Source: Convolutriloba macropyga (taxonomy: Eukaryota). Taken from it: a stretch of DNA of 64,000 nucleotides. A program made the position numbers and the translations under genes. The notes beneath the pieces are model-generated. The model was not told the DNA's origin, made no database searches, and was given only the letters and a program-made list of their open reading frames with translations. Within the stretch, counting starts at the first letter, position 1. Every line of letters starts with the position of its first letter. The stretch covers positions 16,368,001-16,432,000 of the forward strand of contig NC_134480.1 in the NCBI RefSeq assembly GCF_964194025.1. The letters run 5' to 3'. Positions 63,448-64,000 of the stretch are shown in pieces.

Positions 63448-63727
63448 ATCTTGCAAGGTTCTTGCAAGAACATTGTAAGAAAATAATCTTGCCTAAAAGG
63501 TTCACATCAGGCCCAAGCCCGGAGCTCGAAACTCCAAACGTCAATTGATAACATGGATTGAGTCAATTTTCCGGTAACAATTTCATGTTAACATTAAAAT
63601 TTTTAGCTTGTCTGCCATCTTCATCTAGCCAGATAAAAAAGAATAAAAAGTCTTGCACGATTTTTGCAAGAATCTTGCACGATAAATTGAAGAACTATGT
63701 ATTATTTTGCAAGATTATTGCAAGATT
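63448..63727. repeat. TCTTGCAAGA-motif repeat family (also at 50138-50240)
   Basis: Clusters of palindromic TCTTGCAAGA variants. Confidence 0.55.
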
Positions 63728-64000
63728 TCAAATTCTTTGATCACTCATTGAAAAGAATGCTCTAAAAACTCTTATGCGTTTAAAGCAGCGAAAGCCTTTC
63801 AAGAACATCTCTTAAAACATTGTTTCTTTCTGAAATCTTTATTGATATCATATCTAAATGTTTTTCTCTAGACTATTCATTACTTCTTTTTCCTCTTTCT
63901 TTATCGTCTTATCACCATGGAGAGCAGCGAAAAACCATCAGTAGCAGTGACATCTGAGGTCGTGAGTAACAATTACGCACAACAAAAAATTGAATCACTT

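Overview
AT-rich metazoan (invertebrate-like) genomic window dominated by transposable elements, with one 200-N scaffold gap (36228-36427). Host genes: an intronless, tightly spaced minus-strand pair, dolichol kinase (DOLK) then EIPR1/TSSC1, both with a TTTCAG acceptor just before the ATG (operon/trans-splicing-like); a duplicated DOLK 5' pseudogene; one exon of a mitochondrial-clan cytochrome P450; and a 5S rRNA gene running into the gap. Mobile elements: a full-length BEL/Pao LTR retrotransposon (53144-63096, ATCAT TSD) and a truncated relative (40661-~44155), a near-intact Jockey/I-group LINE, fragments of a CR1/L2-type LINE, a Penelope element and a decayed Ty3/Gypsy element, plus many MITE/foldback elements. 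The most unusual signals are: (1) a four-unit array of a conserved 39-bp hairpin repeat at ~160-bp period in the leader of both BEL elements; (2) a run of four tRNA-like/Pol III modules and other small structured units directly behind LINE ORF2; (3) an inverted-repeat-bounded variable cassette with a relic ORF across the BEL LTR/PBS junction; (4) the operon-like DOLK-EIPR1 pair. All alignments and folds were done by eye.
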